Shown here: positions 12,970 to 24,977 of the stretch, one piece after another | Position numbering within the stretch: the stretch's first letter is position 1 | Layout of the letters: each line of letters opens with the position of its first letter | Assembly (NCBI GenBank): GCA_024704765.1 | Contig: JAKMXF010000007.1 | Coordinates: forward strand, 61,581 to 125,580 | Direction: 5' to 3' | DNA: 64,000 nucleotides | Source of the DNA: Oopsacas minuta | Lineage: Eukaryota > Animalia > Porifera | Notes under the pieces: model-generated | What the model was told of the DNA's origin: nothing | The model's input: the letters and a program-made list of their open reading frames with translations, nothing else | Databases searched by the model: none | Translations under genes and position numbers: made by a program

Positions 12970-15900
12970 CACAGTGTGCGATATGGCGTATTAGGCAAAA
13001 TTTCAATTACGAATTTAACTACGTTTTATGAATCTCCATCGTCGAATTAGTAGGAAAATATTGACGACTGTATGTATGACCCATAGGAATTTCGATTACA
13101 GCGAGCTAAAGTAAGCATATTTTAGATTATTTTGAATAGCTAACCTCAAGAGTAAATACCTAACTACCTTAGCAACGATTTTCTTCCAAATATATACTGT
13201 ATAACGTTTGTAGTTAATCATCAATTTGACGTATTTCTTATATTAGATCAGTTTATGCAATTATTACAAGTATCATTGTTTCCAAAAAATTTTGTTGGCT
13301 GTCTAGTTTTAAAGGCCTGGAGTGAAATATTTTAGTTTTAATATAGTGTTTGGAGTGCTGCATCTATCAGGTGACAAAAGAGGACGATAATTTATTGTTA
13401 ATCGCTTATAGTGCTTACTTTTTTGAAATTATACACCAATTTTCAGACGTGCACCGGGGTGCACAAATATATTTTTGAGTACATCAATGCTTGGACCAGA
13501 CAAAAAATCGGAAAAATGTATTTTTAGGATTTTTTTGAAATTCAAGTAAATTCTATATATTCTTGCCCTCATGCAAATTTAGATGATGCACGAAAATAAT
13601 TTTGATCTTTTTCTGTCTAATAATAGCTCCTAGTGAATAATGGCCTCTGTTGTAACCAACAAAGAAGCATATGTTAGCTATATTTCAATGGGGAAAAGCC
13701 CTAAAGCCACTACGCAGTATCTTATTGATGATAATAATATTTCACAGGAAGAACATGATACTATTCTATATAAGTTCAAGTCCCTTAAATCATCCAGAGA
13801 GTATTACCGGAAGAAGACTGATCTTGAGACCTGGGAGAATTTGACCTTTTCCCATTCATATACTGCACCTCTATCCATTTCCATTCCGAGAAAGAAGAGA
13901 ATTTCACTCGATCCTGGATTAGAACCTTTTCGTAAAGTTTCTATTTCTGAAAGTCGAAATTTCTCTGAAGAAATTGTCCATGATTCCAGAAAGCATTTAC
14001 TTGATTGCAATCTTCAAACTTCCAGATCTAGACTGAGCATTCTTTTAGACTATATTCATTTCTTAGCTGAAAGAGAAAATGTCGAGCCTAAACAACTAGC
14101 TGCTCTGGCTTTAGAATTAATATCTAACAATTCTTACGATCGAGATACTTCACAAGTGTGTAAGGAGATCATCAACAAGGGTTCTTTTAGTGGAATCTTG
14201 CACAAAGCGCCAATCGATAAATCTGCCTTTCTGTTGGACTGTTTAGAGATTGGAGCGAGCAAATATAAAAATTAAAAAAAGTCCTTGAATTTCAAGTTAA
14301 ATTACCATCCTATGAGCTTGTCTCCAGATATCGTAGAGAAATAACTTTGATTGATGAGATTGAGATAGTCCATGATCCTGAAGGTTTCTCAATTGGAACT
14401 TGTATCTCCTATCATTCGATACTAAAGCTTACAGTCGAACGCTTGATTTCAACCTTAGTGCCAATTTCTATTTCACAATATCCACTCACAGTTAAGATAT
14501 CAGATGGATTAGATGGTTCCGGGTCTCATCGCACCTATAACCAACAAAATAATAACCCTGTCTTTAGTACTAAATGTTTCATCTTATTTGGATTCAAAAT
14601 ATTATCAATAGCAGATACACTTGGAAACGATGTCTTCTACAACCATTCTCCTAACTCCCCCTTTTGTTTCAGACCGGTTACGTTGATGGCATTGAAAGAG
14701 GATTATAATAATGTTCATTTTATTATGGATAAAATTTTCAATCCCCAAACCGACCGAATATTGGTGAACGGATTATTCCTAACAGGAGGACATGTACAAG
14801 TTGATATTGTCCGTTCTCTCTTTGGCACCAAAAATGGCTGGACTGTTAGATGGTGCTGGAGGAGCTTCTCGTCATCTATGTACTGCATCTGACGAAGAAA
14901 TTAAAAGCATTGACTGGGTTCGTTCTGGATTCCCCATAAACAGGTTAATTAGCGATGCTTGGCAACTCTTTGATGATGTTAATGAGGATCACTTCCTCAA
15001 ACTCCCATCCAAACAACGCTTGGGCATAACTCACAAACCCACATCTGACATCAATATAATTGCTGCCTCCCCTTTGCATGCCTACCTATGTGTATTCCGG
15101 TGGTATATGTTATTAATATACCATCTTGATGCGGGTCACAAGGTATGGTCACCATCTAATGACAAAGTAAATGCATCTATGAGGCGGATTCGAGCAATTC
15201 TTCTAGAGAAGTGTAGTTTCAGTGTGGATATTCCTTCAAGTCAGGGCGGTACATCAACTACTGGGGACATCGTACGTGATTGCTTTTTGGATAAGCGAGA
15301 CTTTTAAAAATGGGCGACTACCTCGATTAATCCATCAGATAAACTCTTATTAGAGAAGATCCAGACTAATCTATCTGTGGTGTTACGACTTGTGAACAGC
15401 GGTAACTTAATTAATTGTAGCAAAATGGAAGAATTGTGTAAAGAAACGTATGAATACATCTTAGTTCAGTTTCCATGGGCGAACGTCACCCCCCCCTCTT
15501 TACACAAGCTACTTTCCCATTCTTTCAAGATTATTGGAGAATATAATAATGGCAGGGGATTACAGAATCTATCAGAAGAATGTTTAGAAGCTTGTAATAA
15601 GTTCGTGAGGCGGTATCGGGAAAATCTTGCCAGAAAAACATCATTCTCTGACAATGTACGAGATATTCTAGTTCGCCTTCTGTGTTGTAGTGATCCCCTA
15701 TTAGTGCAGAATCGTTTTACATCCACCAAAACGAGGAATTCTAGTGCAAATGACCCAAATAGCCCCCAAGATATCTTATATAATAGCATAGTGTTGGAGA
15801 ATGATAATTAATTAAAGAATATTAGAGATTGAGTTTATATATTTAGTAACAGTTTTTCCACAAGGTATAATCCCCTCAATATGTAGTAAAGGGAAAAACT

Positions 15901-16201
15901 ACACCCCTGGTTCATTATTATATAATAGCTTATTATATATGCTATAATCTTTCTAATAGGAAGCTTGACTTTATACCATTAATTCAATAATAGAAATTAC
16001 AAATAATATTATTGAACCATGAATGTTACAAATAATGAAATCACCGAAATGACGTCATATTCCCAATAGTGGTAATACTACGGAAAATTTTAATGAAATT
16101 TTTGAAATTTACGGTGTCGAGTTACTATATAGACCACATAAAACATGTCTAGTTGTAATGGTTACCCTAATACGCCATTATGGCAATTTTGGCACACTGT
16201 G
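12970..16201 (+). mobile_element. Full-length Transib/RAG1-like transposon, 3232 bp
   Basis: CACAGTG at both ends (12970-12976; rc 16195-16201), perfect 5-bp TSD ATACC (12965-12969 / 16202-16206), and a 13-bp inner box ATGGCGTATTAGG shared by both TIRs. Confidence 0.92.
13640..15811 (+). pseudogene. RAG1-like/Transib transposase, ~720 aa when repaired (two frameshifts, one nonsense codon)
   Basis: KISDGLDGSGSH (first catalytic D), PNSPFCFRPVTLM (cf. RAG1 PNSELCCKPLCLM), SRHLC and LHKLLSH (Zn ligands), LSEECLEACNKFVRRYRENLARKTS..RLLCCSDP (catalytic E; Transib-type C-terminus). Lesions: 1-nt loss at ~14270, 1-nt gain in the A-run at ~14830, in-frame TAA at 15305-15307. Confidence 0.88.
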
Positions 16202-16370
16202 ATACCTAATCATTTGTTTACGTACACATATCTATATTTCCATCTTGTATTAAAGTAATAGGGGAAGAAGATCTGCGTATATTATATAGGGAATAAAATA
16301 TCCTTCTGTTACGATATAGGAAAAGTAATCAATTACGTTGGGGTAATCGAGTATGCTGATTCCGATTTTC

Positions 16371-17538
16371 CAGGCTTGCCGTGGATGAGAAAAATCCCAT
16401 CCATATCCATATCCATGTCATTTTTGCGTGGATATCCAACAACCAGGATATCCATGGATATTTCAAAGGCCTAGAACATCTTGTCTATAACGGCCATTCA
16501 AGGCTAGTAGTGACTATTATGTACAGGCAACCGCTATGTAGATGTAGATTACTAATGAAAATCTATTCATATACTAAACGTTATATACTAAAGCTCTAGA
16601 TATTATTTAAACTGTCATTCATAAACTCTTCGATATCACTATCGTCTTTGAATGACAGGGACATGGGCTCATTGTTGATGACTATCGCAACTTCCTTTGG
16701 CTCAATTACAATTCCCAGCTTCTTGATTATTGTGATATACATTTTCTGGCATCTGATGTATACTAATCTCTTCATGACCGCCGGTGACATTCTCTTTCTC
16801 GTTTTTGAAAGTAGGTTGCCGGCCTGGCTGAACAACCTCTCCACGGCTGCAGAAGATATTGGTGCCGAGAAAATTATCTTTGCACAGGTTCGCAGACGTG
16901 TTAAGACACTTTACCGCCAAAACTGAGTTGGATCCTTCATTGGTACCCGGGTGTCTCTGAATTCTTGGAGCGCTATACCAAGAGTAGTAGCCTTTGGCCT
17001 TTTGGCTAGCAACACCAGAATTCACGAGTGAAAGGGATGAATAGCAGTAACAATAATTGCATCATAATTGCATAGTAATTGGTTACCTTTCACCAACATA
17101 GATCTTGAAAGAATTCAAAACTTTACATGAAATCTGGCACTATTTGTGACACAACAATTGCTGACATTACAATAATTGGCTATCTACACGACTTCACCGA
17201 TCTTACCGATAATAACTAATTTTCCATCTTAATCGATTCTCAATTGGGAAATCAAATAATTTGATAATTTGATATCATACGGTATGAAATAATAATCGTG
17301 TGGTGCTGGTTAGTTACATGTAATACACCAACTTAGCTGAAAGGGCTAATTGATGGGGCGCTAGCCCCATCTAACTCCATGCTAGAGCCTCCACTGAACA
17401 ACACTAGTAAATGTACTTAGTAATATTGTTAATTCAATTATAACAGCATCCCTATTATTGAATATCCTATGGATATCCATGATATCCATGGATATGAGCA
17501 ATACATCCATGGATATATCCATATCCACGGCAAGCCTG
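16371..17538 (-). mobile_element. hAT internal-deletion derivative carrying the C-terminal dimerisation (hATC) fragment
   Basis: TIR CAGGCTTGCCGTGGAT at both ends; perfect 8-bp TSD CGATTTTC; VERLFSQAGNLLSKTRKRMSP on the minus strand; subterminal ATATCC repeats. Confidence 0.9.
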
Positions 17539-19760
17539 CGATTTTCACACTTTCGAATTAATCATATGTAAATTATTTGTTATTTTTATGAATATAGAGT
17601 AAACAAATAGTTGAAATCTCAAAATATACGTACACGCTTGCTCTAAACAGCTACACAGGGGTAACACAATACGCTGAACAAGAATATCGCATTTCCAAGT
17701 TCCTCGTGTGTAAATCTATTGTTCTTTCATGAAAATAAAGTAAACAAATTAGCAAATCTCAAAATTTACGTAGATACTTGCCCTCAACGGCTACAAAGGG
17801 GATTGATCGTACATCATAATTCAATAACTATTTTGTAATTTGAATCGCTGGTACCCCTCAATGTGACAAAAGCCCTGACGTCATGATACTGACCAAAAGC
17901 TAACTCATCATGGGATTACTGAACCAAAAATGTTTTCATAATTTCTTAATACCCGAGTCACGAAGTGCCGAGATTACTAACCAAAAGCGACCTAGCATCT
18001 CCAGTGCCACCACAGAAGGCCATTCAATGTAATATCGACTGACTATGGATAATACACTCTTAAAATTTTAACTATTCTGTGAATTTGAGGCACGTGTGTC
18101 GAGTATATTCATTCAATACTTAAGCTAACCTGGAGCACTAAGCTGTCTCCAAGCGACCTAGCAAGCAATGCGCGCTATTAGATATTTATCTAGGCAACAT
18201 CAAGAGACATCTCTAATTTTGATTAGCATTATAATTATTGTGTTTTACCTGAAAGAAGGCAGGAATTCACCACTCAGCACCATTCTTCGAGTTGCAGTTT
18301 CATTTAATTCCCTTTTAAAAATGTAATGTCAAAATCAAAATTCATTTTTGTTCCTTCATATTGTCGCTTTATGAGGTATTAATTGTGTAAATTTTTATGT
18401 ACAATGGCTGAATGATGTCCACAAGAACCCCAGCATATAAAGTACAAAAACTTTATGATGGGGAGTTTCCTATATACAGTAATATTTTTAAAAGATTTGA
18501 CAATTCAATATTCACTGAAAGAACTTGTTCCGAAATTGATATGAGTATTAGTGAAACCTGAATGAGGATTAATTACACGAATCTAACTTGTATATTCATA
18601 AAATATCAATTTCTCCATAGGATACCATATACAACACAACTTCACGAGATAAGCCTTATATGAATCCTTAAGTATTTAACAGCTAATTTTCTTAGTACTT
18701 TTGGTAGCTAAGAAAATTAGCTGTGAATTTTCGTCCAAGACTAAAACTTGTCCGATCCAGGCCAAAAATACCCCATGAATGCCAAAAATCAGCCCTTGGG
18801 GCTCTACCAGTTTCTTCAATCATCAATTCCGAACATACAATCATATATATGCAATGTAAACTAAATTACTTGTTTCTCATCCGGAATATCCTCAGAATTT
18901 GGAACGGCGGACGGTATTTATTTTTATTTTTTATAGGCCCTACTTGTATGTAAAATATTTTGACCACCCGAATGATTCGATTATCTCATTACATTATCTC
19001 TGGGCATAAAATAATGGATATTACAACTATATTAATAGTAAAATGTGCATTGCATTGATCCATGAACTGGCCATATATACACATACTGATATTTTGACAA
19101 AAGTATCACTATAACCAATATATCACTATATCCACCTATGCCATATTCAAGTATTTCCTTCTAGAAACTTTCCCTCTCTAATATTCGATCTCCTTTAGAG
19201 AGGTAGTTATCCAGCCGTAAGGTGCTCCATATACTATTCAAGATTAGAATGAGGAAAGATGTTACTAGAAATTTTGTTGAAATTCCTACAAATCTGACAA
19301 ATTTATTCCCATTGCATCGACGTGAAATGTCATGAAAATCCTTGACAACCATTATTTTTCAAATGAAGCTTGATCGTTCGGAAAATCGGGAATCAAATGG
19401 TCCGTACTATTCCGTAAAATTGGGTAACTATTACAAAATGGAACTAGTTCAGAAGCGATGCACCTTTAGACTACATAATTTCCCAAGGAAATATCGGCTA
19501 AGATACCTGGGAATGCACCCAATATGTGCTGAGGCTAATGTCCGCCCAAAATTTGCCAAATCCAGATTGTCCCGCTTTTGTATAGTCTAATGTAATTATG
19601 CTACGTCCTGTTATTCCGCTAAATTAGTACCTTCTGTACCGATTTTTCTTCGCTCAGGATGTATTCATTATCCTCTGGTCGGGTCGAGTCATGGAATGCC
19701 TGATCGGTTCCATCTCGGTGTTTACCCCTCACACTCTCTCCTAGTAGCTATTAACAACAT

Positions 19761-22700
19761 ATGGGCTCACATAAAGAGAAAATACTTATTGCATTCCAGT
19801 TCCTCGTTGTTCTATTTATAGGGATAGCCTATGTCAATAAAGTACGTAAGTGTAATGAATTGGAGGATTCAATTTCGATGAAGAATATCCTGATATCTAA
19901 TGAAATGGATAATGAGAGTGATGTCAGCAAGGAAGAATTAGCCATAATATTATGCGAAAGAGGGATACAGGAATTACGAGATAACATGGATAAATGCAAA
20001 TTACAGCAACGGAATCTCGCTAAACAAATATCTGATAACAATGCTGAAGGTATGTAATGAAGGGCTTGCCTAACCAGCAACCTAGATTGCTAAGACTTTG
20101 TATAGTAACCTAAGAGGGAAATTTTAATTTAATTATTCCTTCAGTTTATATTTTAAATAATCTAAGTTATTGTAAGTTATATATCAATCAATATATAAGT
20201 TTTTTGGGAAAATAATCACATTCATTGGTCTGAGTTTCGAAAGTTTATCCGGTATTATTTCGCTATATACTTTTTTCCTAAATATTTATTTTAGAAAAGT
20301 TGTATAATTTGATTGTAAACTTTTCCATTCCCGGTTATATAATACAGCTCACGAAAACAGTCTCACTTATGCATTTACCTATTATTTGTTTGTAGATGAG
20401 TATAGCAATATGACCATAATTATCACATATTTTCCTCCTTAACCACTTTTAAAGTGCTGTTACAGGAACGATAAGGAAACAAACTCTGGTACCGTGCCCG
20501 GCACTCTAGCCACTGGTAGCGAGGAATCTGGTACAGGAATAATACAGTGGCCATTTATCTAAAGACACATTTACTTCCAAATTTCGTGAAGTATGCCCTC
20601 TAAATTCATTTTGGAGCTATTCAAGTTTTCTGGAGGTTAGGTCCGGACTCCTAAGAGAGAGCACTTCATAGAGCTATGGGACATTTCGGAATAGCATACC
20701 ATAATTCCTGTTCTTGACAACGGACACAAACAAACAAACAAGTCGCGAAAATTGACCAATAGAAGTTGTTAAGAAGGAGAATAAATGAAAAAAATGGTCA
20801 TATTGCTAGAGCTCATCTACAAACACAAATAATAGGTAAATGCATAAGTGAGACTGTTTTCGTGAGCTGTATTATATAACCGGGAATGGAAAAGTTTACA
20901 ATCAAATTATACAACTTTTCTAAAATAAATATTTAGGAAAAAGTATATAGCGAAATAATACCGGATAAACTTTCGAAACTCAGACCAATGAATGTGATTA
21001 TTTTCCCAAAAAACTTATATATTGATTGATATATAACTTACAATAACTTAGATTATTTAAAATATAAACTGAAGGAATAATTAAATTAAAATTTCCCTCT
21101 TAGGTTACTATACAAAGTCTTAGCAATCTAGGTTGCTGGTTAGGCAAGCCCTTCAAAGAAATATAATCCAATTAGAAGAGTATATTTCTAAGTCAAATCC
21201 TGACTGATCTCTGAGAAATTGTGACAAAATGTTCTAACCAGTTCATTCTAAATTGTAAAAATTGTACATTCTATACGTAGCGGAAGCAAATTACGTATGC
21301 TTGTTGAATTATATTTTCTGAGCTAATTCGTACAGTAAAAAACCTGCTAATCGTGATATCACTAGAGTCTAGCAAGGTTTTGTCCAGATTATTCAAAAAT
21401 AAATGCGTATCCACAATCCAAACCTGGTCCCTATTCCCCATTAAGCAGTATTCACTGTTTATTCCAAATTCAAATAGGTTTACAGCAAATTCTAAGGATA
21501 GGACAAGAAAGGTTAGATGAATGCTTCGAGGAAAGGTAATGTTCAATTCCACATACTATTCTAATCTATATGTACTACGGTCAACTGACGTTTTTTTGAT
21601 ATTTACTTTGATAGCGAAGATCGATATAACCGATGCATTTATGCTACTTTGACTGTTTGGGGTCCATATTGATGCTATTTCAGACTTCGATATAAGCGGA
21701 TATTTCGATATATCTGTGCTTGACATAAGTCGCATAACTGGAGTTGACTGTAGTAAATCTAAATTGTTTATTGTCTGTTTGTTCGTTGTCAAGGAAAAGA
21801 TTTAGTGTATGCTAATTTGTTTACTATATATTCATAAAAACACTAATAAATTTACATATGAGAATCTTGAAAATGCGAAATTCGGATTCAGCATGTTCGA
21901 TATATTCAGTGAAGTTTATTGAAACCTATTTGCTTCCTTGATAAGCACGATAAATACATAGTTATGCGACAATTTCAAAATTACATACCGTAAATCCTTT
22001 CCTTGACAACGGACAAACAAACAAACAAACAACCAACAAATGAGATTTAATATTAGTATATTAAATTCTGAAGTCTACCTCCACATTCTTCCTAATCGCG
22101 TCACTGTGGGATATCACAGAATATCGGTTACACATTTATATTATTTCTATATCCTATAGACATGTATTGAGCAGCACATATATGGAGTGTAATCCGAAAT
22201 ATTCATTGAGTCGTGAAGACACGAGTATATACAGAAACGGTAGTTCCGTGAATAAGATAAAGAACTTCATTGTATTCTTAGGATATCCACGCAGTGGTGC
22301 AAGTATCGTAGGAGCTTTATTAGACGGACATCCAAATGTTGTTATATCTAACGAATTCAATCCTGTGATAAGATGGATTAAATCTCAGAGCGGAAAAGAA
22401 CCTAAATTTAATAGATTTGAATTGTTTAGAAATATTAAGAACGCAGCTTGGGCTGCTATAAATACTGAAGACGGGACCAGGAGTAAATTCAGAACTAACA
22501 AGTACTATTCGCTATATGTACCAGGCCTTTATCAGGGAGAATACAAGGACTACATACAGATTATTGGAGATAAACGTAAGAAATATACTTTATTGTAATT
22601 GTGGAAAAGTACGTATTTCAATTCAACAATCAAATAATAAATGCATTTGAAACTTTTCCAGGATGATTGGGAACTGGTGATAGCTACAAACTTGAAATTT

Positions 22701-23693
22701 AGTGTATGTAGAATAATAAATTTTATTTCTAAGTGGGTTATTGACTCATCTGAGAAAGTTACTAAAAATGTTCAACTCAATACAATATAATAGTTCCCAT
22801 CAAATATCAAACTGGTAAGAGCCACATAAATAATGTTATGATAATTACAGTGAATCTCAACATGGTGTAAAGAGGCAACATTTTCGGTTGCTTCTGTGAT
22901 CCTTACACAATAAATACACATAGATTTCCTATTCTCAGATAAGCATGCATATCCTACCGGCTTGTATACAGAAAGCCAGTTGTATTATCTATATTCTATA
23001 AAAACCAAGCCTCTTATTCCCGAATTGAATTGTCTCTCATTTTAATGACAAATATGAGGTAATAAGTAAAAGTTGTGATAATATCACCTTAGGAGATTTT
23101 CGGGTAGTTGACATTGTAGGACACATTCTGGTACTTTTGTAGTCCTTGATTCTATCTATCCTTTAGAAGATAATCTACTCGTTGACTATGACGAAGGAGA
23201 TGATGGATCAAAGAACTTTATTCAAATGCTGGAGAGATTCAAGGATTTCGTTGGTTACCAGGTCAAATTCATTCACATAGTACGCAACCCTTTCGATAAT
23301 ATAGCAACGGTTCTTCTATATAATATCTCATCGCGCAATCAAATGATCAAGTTTGGTGGAATTATTAACCAACCTGAAATTTTACTATCATTTGTTAAGG
23401 AGCAGTTTGTTATGTACGAGAAAATACAAAGATATATGAAATATTTTGGAGAAAGACTACTAACTCTCAATCATGAAGATTTGATCTCCGAACCTACGTT
23501 ATTCATAAAAAGGATGTGTAATCATATGGAGATTTATTGCGGGAAATATTATCTAAAAATAGCATCTAATAGTGTGTTTTCTGACGCTACGAAGAGTAGA
23601 CACAGTGTTGAGTGGGATCAGCATGCGATAACCATGATTGAATCTGCTATTCAAAACTACACATTTCTCAACAGATACACGTTTGAAAATTGA
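19761..23693 (+). CDS. Type II membrane (Golgi-type) sulfotransferase, P-loop fold; predicted exons 19761-20049, 21388-21535, 22160-22575, 23167-23693; ~459 aa
   Basis: N-terminal TM (ILIAFQFLVVLFIGIAYV) plus coiled-coil stem; 5'-PSB-like motif GYPRSGASIVGALLDGHP; 3'-PB motif HIVRNPFD; LNHEDLISEP. Splice phases 1/2/1 are consistent and sum to 1380 nt. Exon 2 is not in the ORF track and was inferred from phase. Confidence 0.75.
20058..21155. mobile_element. Foldback element/MITE with ~360-bp near-identical inverted arms
   Basis: TGAAGGGCTTGCCTAACCAGCAACC... (20058) is reverse-complemented at 21155; arms pair to ~20420/~20795; no TSD identified. Confidence 0.85.
21745..22062. repeat. Non-autonomous repeat family with CTTGACAACG(G/A)AC(AAAC)n...TAGTATA(G/T) end; copies also at ~20710 and ~27690-27820
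   Basis: The motif occurs on - at ~21775-21800 and on + at ~21995-22060, ~20710-20745 and ~27760-27820. The end resembles Lep1/Helitron-like 3' termini. Confidence 0.5.
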
Positions 23694-23752
23694 CGGTTTT
23701 ACTCGTTTTGTCAAGTTAATTTATTTTATACTTAATTGTCTTTCCTTTAATA

Positions 23753-24128
23753 AAGTCAAACTTGCTATAACGGCTACAGAAGTGACTGGCCAAGAGTGGC
23801 GGCTATAGGGAAGTTTGCCATTACAGACTGGTGTGGTAGTAATTTGAAGTTAATGGGCATTATATAGAAAAGGTGGCAATTAAGACAGGTGACTGAAATA
23901 TATGATGATAATACAATGGACACCGTTAATGATGGCAACCAAGAAAATTGGCTAAGGTGGACTTTATGGAAGGTGGCCGTTATAGACAGGTTTAGCATCA
24001 TTAAGGGACCAAAATGGTAGCCGCTATAGAGAGGTTATTATAATGGGAAATAGGAGGGGGCTGTTTTGAGGTGGCCGCTATATGCAGCTGACCGTTAAAC
24101 AGAGGTGGTCGTTAAGCAGGTTTGACTG
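23753..24128. mobile_element. Tc1/mariner-pogo-type MITE
   Basis: TA-flanked (C/A)AGTCAAAC(C/T)TGCT TIRs; internal GGTGGCCG(C/T)TA repeats. Confidence 0.75.
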
Positions 24129-24678
24129 TAGTTTTTGTGATTTTATTATTCTCACAATGATAATATTCAGGCCATCAGAGATGAAACCGATCAGAGTAAT
24201 TGCAACAGTAGATAATAATTAATGGGCATAAATCTTATTAACATGGCCGCTAATCCAATCGATATTTGGACCATCGACAATCCAATGTGTTTGTTTGTTT
24301 AGCCACATTGCATTAAAATAATAGAGGAAGATGATCTGCGTATATAATATAGAGAATAACATATATCCTTCTGTTGACGACGATATAGGAAAATACATAC
24401 ATTGTATACTCTCTCATACAATTATCATAATAATTAGTTGGAACTTTGAAGGTATTCCTAAGTACCCAGATGCTGGCAGGTTCTAGCTATATGATAATGG
24501 TCCATAGAATTTTCTTAATCAATTGAATGCTATGATGATCTACTTAGTTTTCACTATAAGAAATCTATCATATCAAATAGGGTAGGATGCTGATACATAT
24601 ACTTTATATACAATTATTTATTCTTCTGTTTGTCCAGGGTGTATTATCTATTTACATATCTATCGTGTATACCGAGTA

Positions 24679-24977
24679 CTCTAGGTGTCCGAATAAACGC
24701 CCCCCGCTTATTAATCGATTTTTCTTCCACTCACCGCGGCGGTTATTCCAACCCCACCGTTTTGTGAATTTCGAATATTTACCCGAAATCTTTAATCAAC
24801 CACATCATTTTACTGATTGTCTTCATGAATTATCTGGATTCTATGGTATATCTTTATATCTATTTTAGATAATGCGATCGTAATAAGTTCTTAGATAGTA
24901 TATTAAACAAATTCTGTACTTTGGAGATACTAAACCTCCTAAATATTCCAACCCCTCGTTTATTCGGGCCTCTAGAG
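24679..24977. mobile_element. TA-target MITE
   Basis: Left CTCTAGGTGTCCGAATAAACG versus right rc CTCTAGAGGCCCGAATAAACG. Confidence 0.6.

Noticed and set aside
12977-13639. Possible RAG2-like partner gene in the RAG1-like element
   Set aside because: No ORF or kelch-like sequence is visible upstream or in the 390 bp downstream; there is too little room.
4870-16201. Functional link between the Chapaev-like and RAG1-like elements (Chapaev-type fingers relate to the RAG1 N-terminus)
   Set aside because: They are 7 kb apart with independent ends; co-occurrence is expected in a TE-dense region.
21271-21792. Minus-strand ORFs inside the sulfotransferase intron region
   Set aside because: They are antisense to predicted exon 2 and a repeat; no recognisable motifs.
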